From a virus (Duplodnaviria; Caudoviricetes), in the IMG/VR virus record IMGVR_UViG_3300022896_000001, positions 1-58,395 of that record: a stretch of DNA of 58,395 bases; one strand, 5' to 3'. Made by a program: the position numbers and the translations under genes. Shown piece after piece: positions 25,246-35,518 of this stretch (position 1 is the first letter of the stretch; every line of letters begins with the position of its first letter). The notes under the pieces were generated by a model. That model was not told the DNA's origin, made no database searches, and worked only from the letters and a program-made list of their open reading frames with translations.

Positions 25246-26157
25246 GTGACCGACTACTCGATCTGGCCAGCGACCAGCGGGCCGGGCGCGTCCAGCGCGG
25301 ACAGCCCGGTGACGCTGGGCACCGAGTTCTACGTGACCAGCCCGGTGTGGCTGCTCGCCATCCGGTTCTGGCGTGCTGACACAGGCATCACCGGCGCGGT
25401 CGCCGGGCGGGTGTGGAAGGCCACCAACAGCACGTCCGGCACGGCGGTGTCCGGAGCGGACGCGGCGTTCTCGCTCAGTGGCACCGGATGGCAGCGCGCG
25501 AACGTCGCCGTTCCGGTGCCTCTGCTCCCGTCCAACAAGTACAAGGCCAGCTGCTTCTTCCCGTCCGGCTACTCGGCGACCGGCGCGTACTGGGCCAGCG
25601 GCGGCGGCGCGAGCGACATCGTCAACGGGCCGCTCGTCGCGCCGAACAAGAGCAATAGCGTCGGCGGCGACACGCAGGGCTGCTTCGGCTACGGCGCGTC
25701 CATCACCTACCCAGCCAACGGCTCCGGCTCCGGCGCTTGCTACTGGGTCGACGTCGTCGTCACCGACGTAGACCCGTTCGCCGGTCAGACGATCGTCCTC
25801 GGCCAAGCCATCGAGACCACCACCGCGGGCGCTGTCGCCCCGGCGCGCGCGGTGGTCCTCGGCCAGGCACTGGAGACCGACACGGCGCAGGCGATCACCG
25901 GCGCGCGCGCTGTGCTGCTCGGCCAGGCTCAGGAAGCGGACACCGCGACATCCTTCGCCGCGGCGCGGGCGGTGCTGCTGGGCCAAGCGGCCGAGACCAG
26001 CACCGGCCAGGCCGTCACCCCGGCTCGTTCCGTGCCGCTGGGGCAAGCGGTGGAGACCGACACCGCGCGGACCGTCCTGCCCGTGAGGGCCACCGTCGTG
26101 CCCGGCGTGCTCGCTGCCTCGTCGTCGGTCGCTCGCCTGTCCGCCACCAGCAGGTAA
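25246..26157 (+). CDS. DUF4082-like domain protein with LGQAxET repeats
   Basis: VTLGTEF, IRFW, GWQ, CYWVDV motifs; five LGQA repeats. Confidence 0.7.
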   Translation: MTDYSIWPATSGPGASSADSPVTLGTEFYVTSPVWLLAIRFWRADTGITGAVAGRVWKATNSTSGTAVSGADAAFSLSGTGWQRANVAVPVPLLPSNKYKASCFFPSGYSATGAYWASGGGASDIVNGPLVAPNKSNSVGGDTQGCFGYGASITYPANGSGSGACYWVDVVVTDVDPFAGQTIVLGQAIETTTAGAVAPARAVVLGQALETDTAQAITGARAVLLGQAQEADTATSFAAARAVLLGQAAETSTGQAVTPARSVPLGQAVETDTARTVLPVRATVVPGVLAASSSVARLSATSR

Positions 26158-26167
26158 AGGGGGCCGC

Positions 26168-26845
26168 GTGACCAACGTCGACGTCGGCGACTACGCCACC
26201 ATCACGCTCACGGTCGACCCTGCCGACGCGACCACGGTCGCCGCGGCAACGGTCACGTCCCCGCTCGGGGTGGCATCGACCCCCACGACCACCCCGAGCG
26301 GGGACTTCAAGACCTGGACCGCAGTCATCCCCATCACCCTGCCCGGCATCTGGAACGTCCGCTGGGTCGTCACCGGCGTCGGCGCGGGTGCCGAGCAGTC
26401 CGCGATCATCGCGTCGCCCACGAACCCCATCGCCACCGGCCAGCGGATCTACGCCACCACCGTGGACCTCGCGAACCACCTGCACGGCCCACCACCAGCC
26501 GACGCGCAGCGGAAGTTGGCGCGGGCGTCGCGCCGGATCGGGAACTTGATCCGGACCGCGGTGTACGACGCCGACTCGGTCACCGGGATGCCGACCGACG
26601 CGACGATCCTCGCCGCGGTGCGGGACGCGACGTGCGCGCTGGTCGAGTGGTGGGGCGAGACCGGCGACGAGACCGGAGCGGCTGCCCAGATGCAGTCGGT
26701 GTCCATCGGCTCGGTCAGCCTCGGCCGCGGCTACAGCGGTGCCGGGTCCGCCACGGGCGCCGACCAGACGATGTCGGCCGAGGCGATCGAGTTCCTCCGG
26801 GACGCCGGGCTGATCTCCACCGACGTGTACAGCGCTGGCTACTGA
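26168..26845 (+). CDS. Head-tail connector with N-terminal Ig-like extension
   Basis: YAT..DL, LARASRRI, RDATCALVEWW, SVSIGSVS, AIEFLRDAGL. Confidence 0.8.
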   Translation: MTNVDVGDYATITLTVDPADATTVAAATVTSPLGVASTPTTTPSGDFKTWTAVIPITLPGIWNVRWVVTGVGAGAEQSAIIASPTNPIATGQRIYATTVDLANHLHGPPPADAQRKLARASRRIGNLIRTAVYDADSVTGMPTDATILAAVRDATCALVEWWGETGDETGAAAQMQSVSIGSVSLGRGYSGAGSATGADQTMSAEAIEFLRDAGLISTDVYSAGY

Positions 26846-26854
26846 GGAGGCGCT

Positions 26855-27169
26855 GTGGGCTCGATCCCTGGGTACCTCCTGCGCCACACCGCGACCATCG
26901 AGCCCTACCTCGGCGCGGGAGCGCACGGGGACCTCTTCGGTCCGCCGGTCACGGTGGCGTGCTTCGCCGACGACAAGCGCCGGCGGGTCCGCTCAGCGGG
27001 CGGTGACGAGGTCATCTCCGAAACCACCCTCTACTGCCGCCTCGACACCGACGCCCCGGCCGGGTCGCGAGTCGCGGTCAACGGCCGCACCACCCACGTC
27101 ATCCAGGCCCTGCGGCGCGACGGCGGCGGCCTCCCCACTCCGGACCACCTGGAGGTGGTGCTGCAGTGA
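26855..27169 (+). CDS. Head closure protein
   Basis: Position and size; RVRSAGGDEVIS, PAGSRV, PDHLEV. Confidence 0.75.
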   Translation: MGSIPGYLLRHTATIEPYLGAGAHGDLFGPPVTVACFADDKRRRVRSAGGDEVISETTLYCRLDTDAPAGSRVAVNGRTTHVIQALRRDGGGLPTPDHLEVVLQ

Positions 27170-27513
27170 AGCGCGTCAAGACCACCATGTCGTTCACCGC
27201 AGCCACCGCCAAGGCGCGAGCGGGCGCAGCCCGCGGGCTCGGCTTGGCGATGGAGCACCTGCTCACCGAATCCCGCAAGCAGGTGCCGCTGGAGGAAGGC
27301 ACGCTCGAACGCTCCGGAGCGGCCATCACCGACGCCGACGCGCTCCGCGGCGCGGTCTCCTACGACACCAAGTACGCCGTGCGCCAGCACGAGGAACTCG
27401 ACTGGCGGCACGACGAGGGCCGCAAGGCGAAGTACCTCGAAGACCCCTTGAACCAAGAGGGCGCGACGATGCTCGCGCTGGTGGCCGCCCAGACCAGGCG
27501 GGCACTGCGGTGA
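27166..27513 (+). CDS. Neck/tail completion protein (HK97 gp10-like)
   Basis: VPLEEGTLERSG, YDTKYAVRQHE, AKYLE. Confidence 0.8.
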   Translation: MKRVKTTMSFTAATAKARAGAARGLGLAMEHLLTESRKQVPLEEGTLERSGAAITDADALRGAVSYDTKYAVRQHEELDWRHDEGRKAKYLEDPLNQEGATMLALVAAQTRRALR

Positions 27514-27935
27514 CCCTCCTCGAAGAACTGGCGCTGCTGCTGGAAGAACTCGGGCTCGGCACGTACAAGCCTGACGACGTCAACGGCACGATCTTCTTCC
27601 CTGCCCTGCCCGACAGCCCGGACACGTGCATGGCGATCGCACGCTACGGCGGCACCGAGTCATCCAGCCGCGACCCGTTCGACGAGCCCCGCATCCAGAC
27701 CCGCCACCGCGGCACCGCCACGGACGCCCGGTCCGCCGAGGCGTCCGCGCAAGCCACCTACGACGCGCTGCACGGCCTCGGCATGCGCACGTTGGCGGGC
27801 GGCACCGAGTTGCAGCTGGCGATCGGCATCGGCTCCGGCCCGGAGTACATGGGCCGCGACGAGAACCGGCGCCACGAGTACGTCACGAACTTCCGCGTCG
27901 AGGTGCAGCGCCCGCTGCTCTCCCGCCCCCAGTGA
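27510..27935 (+). CDS. Tail terminator protein
   Basis: LPDSPD...MGRDENRRHEYVTNF. Confidence 0.8.
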   Translation: MTLLEELALLLEELGLGTYKPDDVNGTIFFPALPDSPDTCMAIARYGGTESSSRDPFDEPRIQTRHRGTATDARSAEASAQATYDALHGLGMRTLAGGTELQLAIGIGSGPEYMGRDENRRHEYVTNFRVEVQRPLLSRPQ

Positions 27936-27950
27936 GAGAGGGACATCCCC

Positions 27951-28403
27951 ATGGTCATGGTGAAGGTCAACGCGCGCGACCAGGTCGTCCAGGTCGCCGA
28001 AGCCGACGGCACCACGTGGACCGAGATCGGCAACCTCGCGACGATCGGGTTCAACCCCGGCGAGAACGAGGAGACCGTCGACACCACGGTGATGGAGTCC
28101 GACGGCAACTACGAGGAAGAGGTCATGCAGCGCGGCAAGTCGCTGAGCCTCGAAGGCATGAAGACCAAGGACCGCACCACCGGCGCGAAGGACCCCGGCC
28201 AGGCGCGCTGTGAGGTCCTCGGCGTTGCAAAGGGCTACGACTCGCTCGGGAAGATCCGGTTCCGGGACGTCATGGACGCCGACTGGGAGATCTGGAACGC
28301 CACCTTCAAGCTCGGCGAGCAGGGCGGCGGCACCAACGACAAGTCCGCGTGGGCCTGCACCGTGACCCGCTCCGGCCCGTCGACCACTGCGGCGGTGGCG
28401 TAG
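27951..28403 (+). CDS. Major tail (tube) protein
   Basis: Position; DPGQ, GGGTNDKSAW, RSG. Confidence 0.8.
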   Translation: MVMVKVNARDQVVQVAEADGTTWTEIGNLATIGFNPGENEETVDTTVMESDGNYEEEVMQRGKSLSLEGMKTKDRTTGAKDPGQARCEVLGVAKGYDSLGKIRFRDVMDADWEIWNATFKLGEQGGGTNDKSAWACTVTRSGPSTTAAVA

Positions 28404-28924
28404 TGGCAGGGGTCGACGAGCAGGACATCGCGGTCGACTTCGACGAGGCGTGGGACGAGGAAGACGCGAAGGCCCCGGTCATCAGGATCAAGGGCGAGCT
28501 CATCCGACTGCCGCACGCGATGCCCGCCAAGCTCGTGCTGTTCGTGACCAGAGCGAAGGCCGGAGCCGAGGAAGCGAAGCGCGACAACAGGACCACCAAG
28601 AGGGCGAAGGCTGCCGTTGAGGACCCGAAGCGTGAGGTCAAGGTCACCGAGATCGTGGACCTCGCCGGGATGCTGATCGGCCGGGAGCGGGTCCAGGGCT
28701 ACATCGACGGCGGCATGTCGTTCGAGCGGGTCGGCGAGATCATGCGTCGCTGCATGGCCGTCTACCGCAAGGACAAGAGCGACGACGAGGACGGCCAGGG
28801 GGAAGCGAAGGCCCCGAAGGAGGAGACGGGGACCACCTCCTCCGGCTCGTCCTCAAGTACTGGGGCCTCCTCGTCGCCGACTGGCGCCGCGAGTACCACG
28901 GAGCCGATCTCCACGCCGAGCTGA
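28403..28924 (+). CDS. Tail assembly chaperone (gpG-like)
   Basis: Between tail tube and tape measure. Confidence 0.8.
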   Translation: MAGVDEQDIAVDFDEAWDEEDAKAPVIRIKGELIRLPHAMPAKLVLFVTRAKAGAEEAKRDNRTTKRAKAAVEDPKREVKVTEIVDLAGMLIGRERVQGYIDGGMSFERVGEIMRRCMAVYRKDKSDDEDGQGEAKAPKEETGTTSSGSSSSTGASSSPTGAASTTEPISTPS

Positions 28925-29073
28925 ACAACGGTCTGAGCTGGACCCGCTTCCGGTTCTACCTCACAGGCCTCTCCGACCAGTCCCGATGGCGGGCGATCGC
29001 CAGCAAGGAACCCGTCGTCCTGTCCGGCCAAGCCGGACGTGACGCGCTGCGCGCCTACACGAGAGGCGGGTGA
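28798..29073 (+). CDS. -1 frameshift extension of the tail chaperone (gpGT-like)
   Basis: Slippery G-GGG-GAA at 28798-28804; -1 frame reads ...KYWGLLVADWRREY...LSWTRF...GLSDQSRW to TGA 29073. Confidence 0.85.
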   Translation, partial: GGSEGPEGGDGDHLLRLVLKYWGLLVADWRREYHGADLHAELNNGLSWTRFRFYLTGLSDQSRWRAIASKEPVVLSGQAGRDALRAYTRGG

Positions 29074-29079
29074 GCGGTC

Positions 29080-32000
29080 ATGGACGTCGGTGAGCTCGTC
29101 GGCTACATGCAGATCAAGGACGACGACTGGAAGGGCGGACTCGCCAGCGCCGACCGGGCGATGTCCAGCTTCACCAGCTCGGTGGACAGCGATCTGGACG
29201 ACCTGGAGCAGTCGTTCCGGCGCGCTGACAAGGAAATGCTCGACGACATGGAACGCGCGTTCCAGGAGTTGGACAACGTCGTCGAGGAAGCGTTCCGCGA
29301 AGCCGAGGCCGCCGCCGAGCAAGGCAGCAAGAAGGTCGGCAAGCAGCTCGAACAGGGCATCGACGGCGGCATGGACGGCGCCAAGCAGGCCGCGCGCCGC
29401 GGCGGCGAAGGCGCGGGCGCGGAGTTCGGCGGCGGCATGGGCCACGCCGGCGGTGCTGGTGCTGAGGCCGCGGGCATGGACATGATGGGTGCCCTCAAGG
29501 GCCTGGGGTGGGCCGCGGTCGGTGCCGCGATCGGCGCGGTCCTGATGGACGGGTTCACCCAGGCGCTCGACGCGGACAAGGCCAACGCGAAGCTGTCCGC
29601 CCAGCTCGGTGCCACGCCGGAGATGGCTGCGGACTTCGGCGGCATCGCCGGGCGCCTGTACGCGGACGCCTACGGGGAGAACATCTCCGACATCAACACC
29701 GCGCTCAAGGCGGTGTGGCAGTCCGGGCTGGTCCCGGAGGACGAGTCCGTCGAGGCCATCCAGCACATCACGGCGACCGCGATGGACTTCGCCTCGGCGA
29801 TGGACCAGGACGTAGAGAAGGCGGTCCGCGCCGCCGCGAAGATGATCAAAACCGGGTTGGCCGAGAACGGTGACGAGGCCTTCGACATCCTCACCCGCGG
29901 CATGCAGCAGGGCGCCAACGACGCCGACGACCTGCTCGACACCTTCGCCGAGTACCCGACCATGTTCCGCGACCTCGGCCTCGACGGCGAGACCGCGATG
30001 GGCATGCTGTCGCAGGGCCTGCGCGCCGGTGCGCGCGACGCGGACACCGTGGCGGACGCGCTCAAGGAGTTCGCGATCCGCGCCCAGGACGGTTCCAAGA
30101 CGTCCGCTGAGGGCTTCAAAGCCATCGGGATGTCCGCCGAGGAGATGACCGCGAAGGTCGCCCGCGGCGGCCCGGAAGCGGCCGAGGCGCTGGACCAGGT
30201 GCTCGACGGCCTTCGCGCCATGGAAGACCCGGTCGCACGCAACGCCGCCGCCGTCGCGCTGTTCGGTACCAAGGCCGAGGACCTCGGTGACGCGCTGTTC
30301 TCGATCGACCCGTCGACCGCAGTCGCGGCCCTCGGCAACGTCGAGGGCGCCGCAGCGAGAATGGGCGACACCCTGCACGACAACGCCTCCAGCAAGATCG
30401 AGGCGTTCAAGCGCGGCATGCAGCAGGGCTTGGTCGACTTCATCGGCGGCCAGGTGCTGCCCGTGCTGGAAGACCTGATCGACGGGCTCCAACTGTCCGG
30501 CGCAGGCGAGGCGCTCGGCGCGATCGTCGGCAAGATCCGCGAGTTCATCGGCGGCATCGTCGATGACATCCGCACCTGGGTGTCCACCCACCAGGAGCAG
30601 ATCGACCAGATCGTCGCGCAGGCGCAGAAGCTCAAGGACCGGGTCGTCGCCTACTACTCCGAGCTGGTCGACTTCGTATCGCAGCTGTGGGAGAGCGGCG
30701 GCTCCGACTGGCTCGACACGGTCGCCAACCACGTCGAGGGCCTGCTCAAGATCGTCAACGGCCTGGTCGGCTCCGTGATGGGCCTGTTCCGATATTTCCA
30801 AGGGGTCTTGCACGGCGACTTCGGCGAGATGTGGGAGGGCCTGAAGCAGATCGCGCGCAGCGGCGGCGAGTTCCTCGTCGGCCTGGTCGACGTTCTCGTA
30901 GGCAACATCGTCGAGGCCTTCGGCGGCAACTGGCAGTCCATTAAGGACGGTGCGCGCGACGCCTGGGAGGCCGTGCTCGGGTTCTTCCGCGGCGCCGGCG
31001 AGAAGGCCATGGCTGCGCTGGCGTGGGTGCAGGCGCTCCCCGGCAAGTTCGCGGAGTGGTTCGGCCAGGCGAAGGACTGGGCGGCCCGGAAGCTCGACGA
31101 GCTGGTCGTCTGGATCGGCGAGCTGCCAGCGAAGATCCTCGAGAAGCTGGCCAGCCTCGGCGCGATGGTCGGCGAGGCGTTCAGCGCGGCACTGACGGCG
31201 GCGAAGTGGGTGGTGACCGAAGGCGTCCAGTGGGTGATCGCCGAGTTCATCGCGCTGCCGTTCCAGATCGTCGCGGGCGTTCAAGCGCTGGGCGGGCTGC
31301 TCAGCCAGTGGATGTCGGACGCCTGGGACTGGGTGGTGGCGACCGCGTCCGCGAAGATCGACGAGTTCCTGGCGTGGGCGGCAGCGCTGCCGGGCCGCAT
31401 CATCGACTCGGTGTCGGAGTTCGGCGCCATGGCCGGCCAGTGGGCGTCCGACTCGTGGCAGACGGCGAAGGACTGGGCCGAGCAGAAGGGCTCCGAGTTC
31501 GTCGTCTGGGCGGCTGGCTTGCCCGGCCGGCTCATCAACGCGGTGTCCGAACTCAACGACCGGGTCGGCCGGTGGGCTCGCGACGCGTGGCAGAACGCCA
31601 AGGACGGAGCCGTCGAGAAGGGTGGCGAGCTGGTCGACTGGGCCCAGGGCTTGCCCGGCCGGATCGTGTCGGCCATCGGCGACCTCAGCGGCAAGCTTCT
31701 GCAGGCGGGCAAGGACATCATCAACGGCTTGCTCAACGGCATCAAGCAGGCCGCCCAGGGCGTGTTCGACTACGTCGGCGGGATCGCGGACAAGATCGCC
31801 GCGCTCAAGGGGCCGCTTCCCTACGACCGGAAGCTCCTGATCCCCGCCGGGCAGGCGATCATGCAAGGCCTGCTCGGCGGCCTCAAGAGCCAGGAGACCG
31901 AGCTGTTCGGCTGGGTGTCGAAGCTCGGCGACCGGCTCAGCGTGGCCGGTTCGATGACCGCGACCCTCACTCCACCCGCGGTCGACATCACCAAGCCCGA

Positions 32001-32154
32001 CGGCGCGACCTCGAAGCCGTGGACCGGTTGGCCAGGCGACGACCCGCGCGGCGGCGCGCTGACCATCGGCACCTTCAACGCCTACAACAGCGCGTCGCCG
32101 AGCGAGGTCAGCGAAGAGCTGCTCTGGCACTCGAAGTCCACCAAGGGGGTCTGA
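29080..32154 (+). CDS. Tape measure protein
   Basis: 1024 aa; DLLDTFAEY, ADALKEFAIR, ALFGTKAEDLG; Trp-periodic repeats. Confidence 0.95.
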   Translation: MDVGELVGYMQIKDDDWKGGLASADRAMSSFTSSVDSDLDDLEQSFRRADKEMLDDMERAFQELDNVVEEAFREAEAAAEQGSKKVGKQLEQGIDGGMDGAKQAARRGGEGAGAEFGGGMGHAGGAGAEAAGMDMMGALKGLGWAAVGAAIGAVLMDGFTQALDADKANAKLSAQLGATPEMAADFGGIAGRLYADAYGENISDINTALKAVWQSGLVPEDESVEAIQHITATAMDFASAMDQDVEKAVRAAAKMIKTGLAENGDEAFDILTRGMQQGANDADDLLDTFAEYPTMFRDLGLDGETAMGMLSQGLRAGARDADTVADALKEFAIRAQDGSKTSAEGFKAIGMSAEEMTAKVARGGPEAAEALDQVLDGLRAMEDPVARNAAAVALFGTKAEDLGDALFSIDPSTAVAALGNVEGAAARMGDTLHDNASSKIEAFKRGMQQGLVDFIGGQVLPVLEDLIDGLQLSGAGEALGAIVGKIREFIGGIVDDIRTWVSTHQEQIDQIVAQAQKLKDRVVAYYSELVDFVSQLWESGGSDWLDTVANHVEGLLKIVNGLVGSVMGLFRYFQGVLHGDFGEMWEGLKQIARSGGEFLVGLVDVLVGNIVEAFGGNWQSIKDGARDAWEAVLGFFRGAGEKAMAALAWVQALPGKFAEWFGQAKDWAARKLDELVVWIGELPAKILEKLASLGAMVGEAFSAALTAAKWVVTEGVQWVIAEFIALPFQIVAGVQALGGLLSQWMSDAWDWVVATASAKIDEFLAWAAALPGRIIDSVSEFGAMAGQWASDSWQTAKDWAEQKGSEFVVWAAGLPGRLINAVSELNDRVGRWARDAWQNAKDGAVEKGGELVDWAQGLPGRIVSAIGDLSGKLLQAGKDIINGLLNGIKQAAQGVFDYVGGIADKIAALKGPLPYDRKLLIPAGQAIMQGLLGGLKSQETELFGWVSKLGDRLSVAGSMTATLTPPAVDITKPDGATSKPWTGWPGDDPRGGALTIGTFNAYNSASPSEVSEELLWHSKSTKGV

Positions 32155-32155
32155 C

Positions 32156-33064
32156 GTGCCCGCTGGCGACCTCCTCGACCGTGACAACCAGGTCGAGTGG
32201 CGGGGAGTGCTGCTCGGCTCCGGCACGCCGTACCGGAGCATCTCGCTGGAGGGCTGGCAAGATCTGCCAGCCCTCCGCGGAACCAACCAGGTGCTGTCCG
32301 GGTTCCACGGCAACCGGCCCGGCCAGTTGACCGCCGACCAGCGCACCGTGACCTTGAACTTCAGGCTCTCGCAGCGCCTCGCAGACTTCCGGGCCTCGGT
32401 GGCCGAGCTGCGCAGGCTCACCGCGCCGACAGAGAACCCCGTCGAGGAAGCGCTCGCGGTCCAGATCGACGGGCAGAAGTACCTGGTGATGGCCCGCTGC
32501 CACCGGCGCGCGATCCCCACCGACAAGCACTACGCCATCGGCCACACCGTGGGCGCGGTGCAGTGGGTGTCCACCAACCCGCGGCAGTGGTTGTTGCCGC
32601 GCAAGACCGCGCAGGCGAAGCTCGCGACCGACCCCACCGGCGGCCTGGTGTTCCCGCTGGTGTTCCCGCTCGACTTCGGGCAGGCCACCAGCGGCGGCGG
32701 CTTCCCCGCGCCACTGGAGAACACGGGCTCGGTGGACTCGTGGCCGATCTGGCGGATCACCGGGCCGTGCACCGGGCCCGTGATCACCGACCTCACCACG
32801 GGCGCGTCGCAACTGCGCTTCAACCCCGACTGGCAGATCCCCGCCGGCCAAGTCGTGGAGATCGACACCCGGCCCGGCGTGCGCACGGTGACCTTCGTCG
32901 ACCCGACCACGTTCGCGAGCCTCGACATCAGCGCCTCCGCCCAACTGTGGACGCGCCAGTGGTTCCCCATCCCCGCGGGCGGTTCGGTCCGCGTGGGCTT
33001 CACCGCCGGGTCCTACGAGGCAGCCGCCGCGCTGGACGCCCTCTGGTACGACGAGAACATGTGA
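32156..33064 (+). CDS. Distal tail protein
   Basis: GLVFPLVFPLDFG, NTG..WP...GP. Confidence 0.8.
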   Translation: MPAGDLLDRDNQVEWRGVLLGSGTPYRSISLEGWQDLPALRGTNQVLSGFHGNRPGQLTADQRTVTLNFRLSQRLADFRASVAELRRLTAPTENPVEEALAVQIDGQKYLVMARCHRRAIPTDKHYAIGHTVGAVQWVSTNPRQWLLPRKTAQAKLATDPTGGLVFPLVFPLDFGQATSGGGFPAPLENTGSVDSWPIWRITGPCTGPVITDLTTGASQLRFNPDWQIPAGQVVEIDTRPGVRTVTFVDPTTFASLDISASAQLWTRQWFPIPAGGSVRVGFTAGSYEAAAALDALWYDENM

Positions 33065-33073
33065 GGTGTTGAC

Positions 33074-34348
33074 GTGGGAGAACGCGTGACCTGGGCGGTG
33101 TCCCACAGCCCTGGTGTGCTGACCACGGTGGACGCGCGGCACGCCTTCGCGTCGCTGTGGTGGGGCGGGTCGACCGCGACCGGCAAGCGGGTCGGGAAGA
33201 TCCCGCACTACACCGACCCGCTGAAGGTGTCCGCCAGTTCGCCGACGCCGGACGGGTTCGTGCACGTGAACCCCGGCCACATGCTGTCGATGGGCACCAG
33301 GTCCGTCGCGGCGTACATCCACACGCTGGACGCGGTCAAGGACATCAACATCTTGTCCACCCCGGCGCACGCGTCGCTCACCCGCTACGACCTGATCGTC
33401 GCGCAGCAGTCCGACGAGTCGCACTCCGACGCGAACAACGCGTGGTGGATCGGGCCGATCCGCGGCACGCCGTCGGCCACGCCGACCGACCCCGTGGTGA
33501 ACACGACCAACGGCGCACCCACCAACTCGCCGGACTACGTGGTGCTGGCGCGGGTCACCGTGCCGTCCACCGCGAGCAGCGCGGGCATCCTGCCCGGCAA
33601 CGTGACCCAGCTGCTGACCGCGTTCACCGTGCCGATCGGCGCGGTCCTGCCGGTCGCCGACCAGACCGAACGCGACGCGCTGATCGGCACCCGCCACGAC
33701 GGCATGGTCGTGTGGCGCAAGGACACGCACTGGCTGGAGGTCTTCGACGGCACCGCGTTCCGGGTGCAGGGCCTCGCGATCTGCAACTCGGCGGCCGACC
33801 GGGCGACGAAGGTCACGCACCCGCAGGAGGGCACGGAGTCCTACCTCAAGGACACCGACCTGCGGTACGTCTACGACGGCGCTGTGTGGGTGCCCGAGCG
33901 GACGCTCGCGGGCCGGATCGCCAGCGGCTCGGGCTTCATCAACTCGGGGATCGACGACAGCCCCGAGGTCAACATCGCCAAGGTCCAGATCGAGAACTAC
34001 CGGGTCTCCAGCGGCCACTTCTACATGCTGTCGGCGAACATCTTCTGGAACTTCTCCACCGTGGTGGCCGGCGACTCGTACGTGGTGCGGGTTCGCAAGG
34101 ACACTGCCGTGTCCGGCACGATCATCGCCGAGTGGATCGCCCGCCCCGTCGACGCCAGCGCGTTCGACGAGTCCGAGTCGTTCAACCAGCCCTGGAAGGC
34201 CACAGCCGACGACACCGACGCGGACTTCTACCTGTCCGTCGTCCGGGTCGCGGGCTCAGGCTCGATCAACGTGAACGGCGACCGGCGCACGGCATTCTGG
34301 ATCACCGACCTCGGCGGTGACACCACGCTGTGGTCGGAGGTGCCGTAG
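33074..34348 (+). CDS. Minor tail / receptor-binding protein
   Basis: RYDLIVA, LARVTVP, ERDAL repeats typical of actinophage minor tails. Confidence 0.75.
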   Translation: MGERVTWAVSHSPGVLTTVDARHAFASLWWGGSTATGKRVGKIPHYTDPLKVSASSPTPDGFVHVNPGHMLSMGTRSVAAYIHTLDAVKDINILSTPAHASLTRYDLIVAQQSDESHSDANNAWWIGPIRGTPSATPTDPVVNTTNGAPTNSPDYVVLARVTVPSTASSAGILPGNVTQLLTAFTVPIGAVLPVADQTERDALIGTRHDGMVVWRKDTHWLEVFDGTAFRVQGLAICNSAADRATKVTHPQEGTESYLKDTDLRYVYDGAVWVPERTLAGRIASGSGFINSGIDDSPEVNIAKVQIENYRVSSGHFYMLSANIFWNFSTVVAGDSYVVRVRKDTAVSGTIIAEWIARPVDASAFDESESFNQPWKATADDTDADFYLSVVRVAGSGSINVNGDRRTAFWITDLGGDTTLWSEVP

Positions 34349-35518
34349 ATGGCGCTCCCGGTCTACACCTACGAGATCCGGGACCTCCGCTCGAACGTGC
34401 TGCTGGAGGAGCTGCCTCTGGCGGACACGTCGTGGACGAAGTGCCTCAACGACACATCGTCGTTCTCCGGCTCACTGGGGCTGCCGCTGCTGGACTCCCT
34501 CGGAGGCCTGCGGGACGCCTACGAGCTCACCACCCCCGCGCACACCTGCGTGTACGTGTACCGAGACGCACGGCCGATCTGGGGCGGCGTGATCTGGACG
34601 TCGGTCTACGACTCGTCAACCGGGAAGCTCTCCATCGGCGCAGCGGACTGGTGGTCCCTGCTCGACCACCGCAAGATCCTGCCGGTCCTCGCGGCCGAGG
34701 CGTTCACGGACACCTCCATGGTGGCCCAGCTGTCGACCAACTTCAACGGGGTCGACCAGAACGCGATCGCCCGCGGCCTGCTCACCCAAGCGCAGGCACA
34801 CACCGGGGGCGACCTCGGCATCGTGGCCACCACGTCGAACTCGTCCATCCTCCGGGACCGCACCTACCCCGGCTTCTCGATGACGTCCCTCGGCGAGGCC
34901 TACCGGCAGTTGAGCCAGGTGATCGACGGCCCGGACATCCGGTTCGACGTCGCCATCCAGCGTGACGACGACGGCGCCCCGATCCGGCAGATGCTCATCG
35001 GCGACCCGCTGCTCGGCGCAGTCGGTTCCAACCACGTGTGGGAGTACGGGGGGAACGTCGCGAACTACACCTGGCCGCGGGACGCCACCCGGCAGCGGAC
35101 CCGCAGCTTCGCGATCGGCGAGGGCTCGGACCAGCTCACCCCGATCGGGGTCTACGAGGACACGAGCCTCTACGAGAACGGGTGGCCGCTCCTCGAAGAC
35201 GACACCGGCTACGACCGCACCAGCGGCGCCACGGACACGCTGCACGACCACGCGATGTCCGACCAGCAGATCGTGAAGCTCCCCGTCGTGCTGCCGACGC
35301 TGACCGTGAAGGGCGAAGCAGCGCCGACGGTCGCCGAGATCGCGCCCGGCGACGACGGCCGCGTGGTCATCTCCGACCACTTCCACGGCTACGCCCCGCC
35401 GCAGGGCCGCCGCGGGCTGGACACGCGGATGCGGCTGATCCGGATGGCGGTGAAGCCGACCGACGCGGGCGAGGAGGCGGTGCTGACGATGTCTCCGCTG
35501 CTGGATGACGTGGCCTGA
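34349..35518 (+). CDS. Minor tail (hub, Gp37-like) protein
   Basis: ELPL, YRDARPIWGGVIW, DQNAIAR.L, IDGPD. Confidence 0.8.
   Translation: MALPVYTYEIRDLRSNVLLEELPLADTSWTKCLNDTSSFSGSLGLPLLDSLGGLRDAYELTTPAHTCVYVYRDARPIWGGVIWTSVYDSSTGKLSIGAADWWSLLDHRKILPVLAAEAFTDTSMVAQLSTNFNGVDQNAIARGLLTQAQAHTGGDLGIVATTSNSSILRDRTYPGFSMTSLGEAYRQLSQVIDGPDIRFDVAIQRDDDGAPIRQMLIGDPLLGAVGSNHVWEYGGNVANYTWPRDATRQRTRSFAIGEGSDQLTPIGVYEDTSLYENGWPLLEDDTGYDRTSGATDTLHDHAMSDQQIVKLPVVLPTLTVKGEAAPTVAEIAPGDDGRVVISDHFHGYAPPQGRRGLDTRMRLIRMAVKPTDAGEEAVLTMSPLLDDVA

Noticed and set aside
28798-28804. Frameshift as pseudogene or novelty
   Set aside because: Standard programmed -1 frameshift of tail chaperones
30950-31700. Periodic repeats in the tape measure gene
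   Set aside because: Normal Trp-spaced tape measure repeats
28762-32526. Long antisense ORFs (also 5036..7552, 7598..9520, 24196..26175)
   Set aside because: Shadow ORFs of high-GC coding strands opposite well-supported genes
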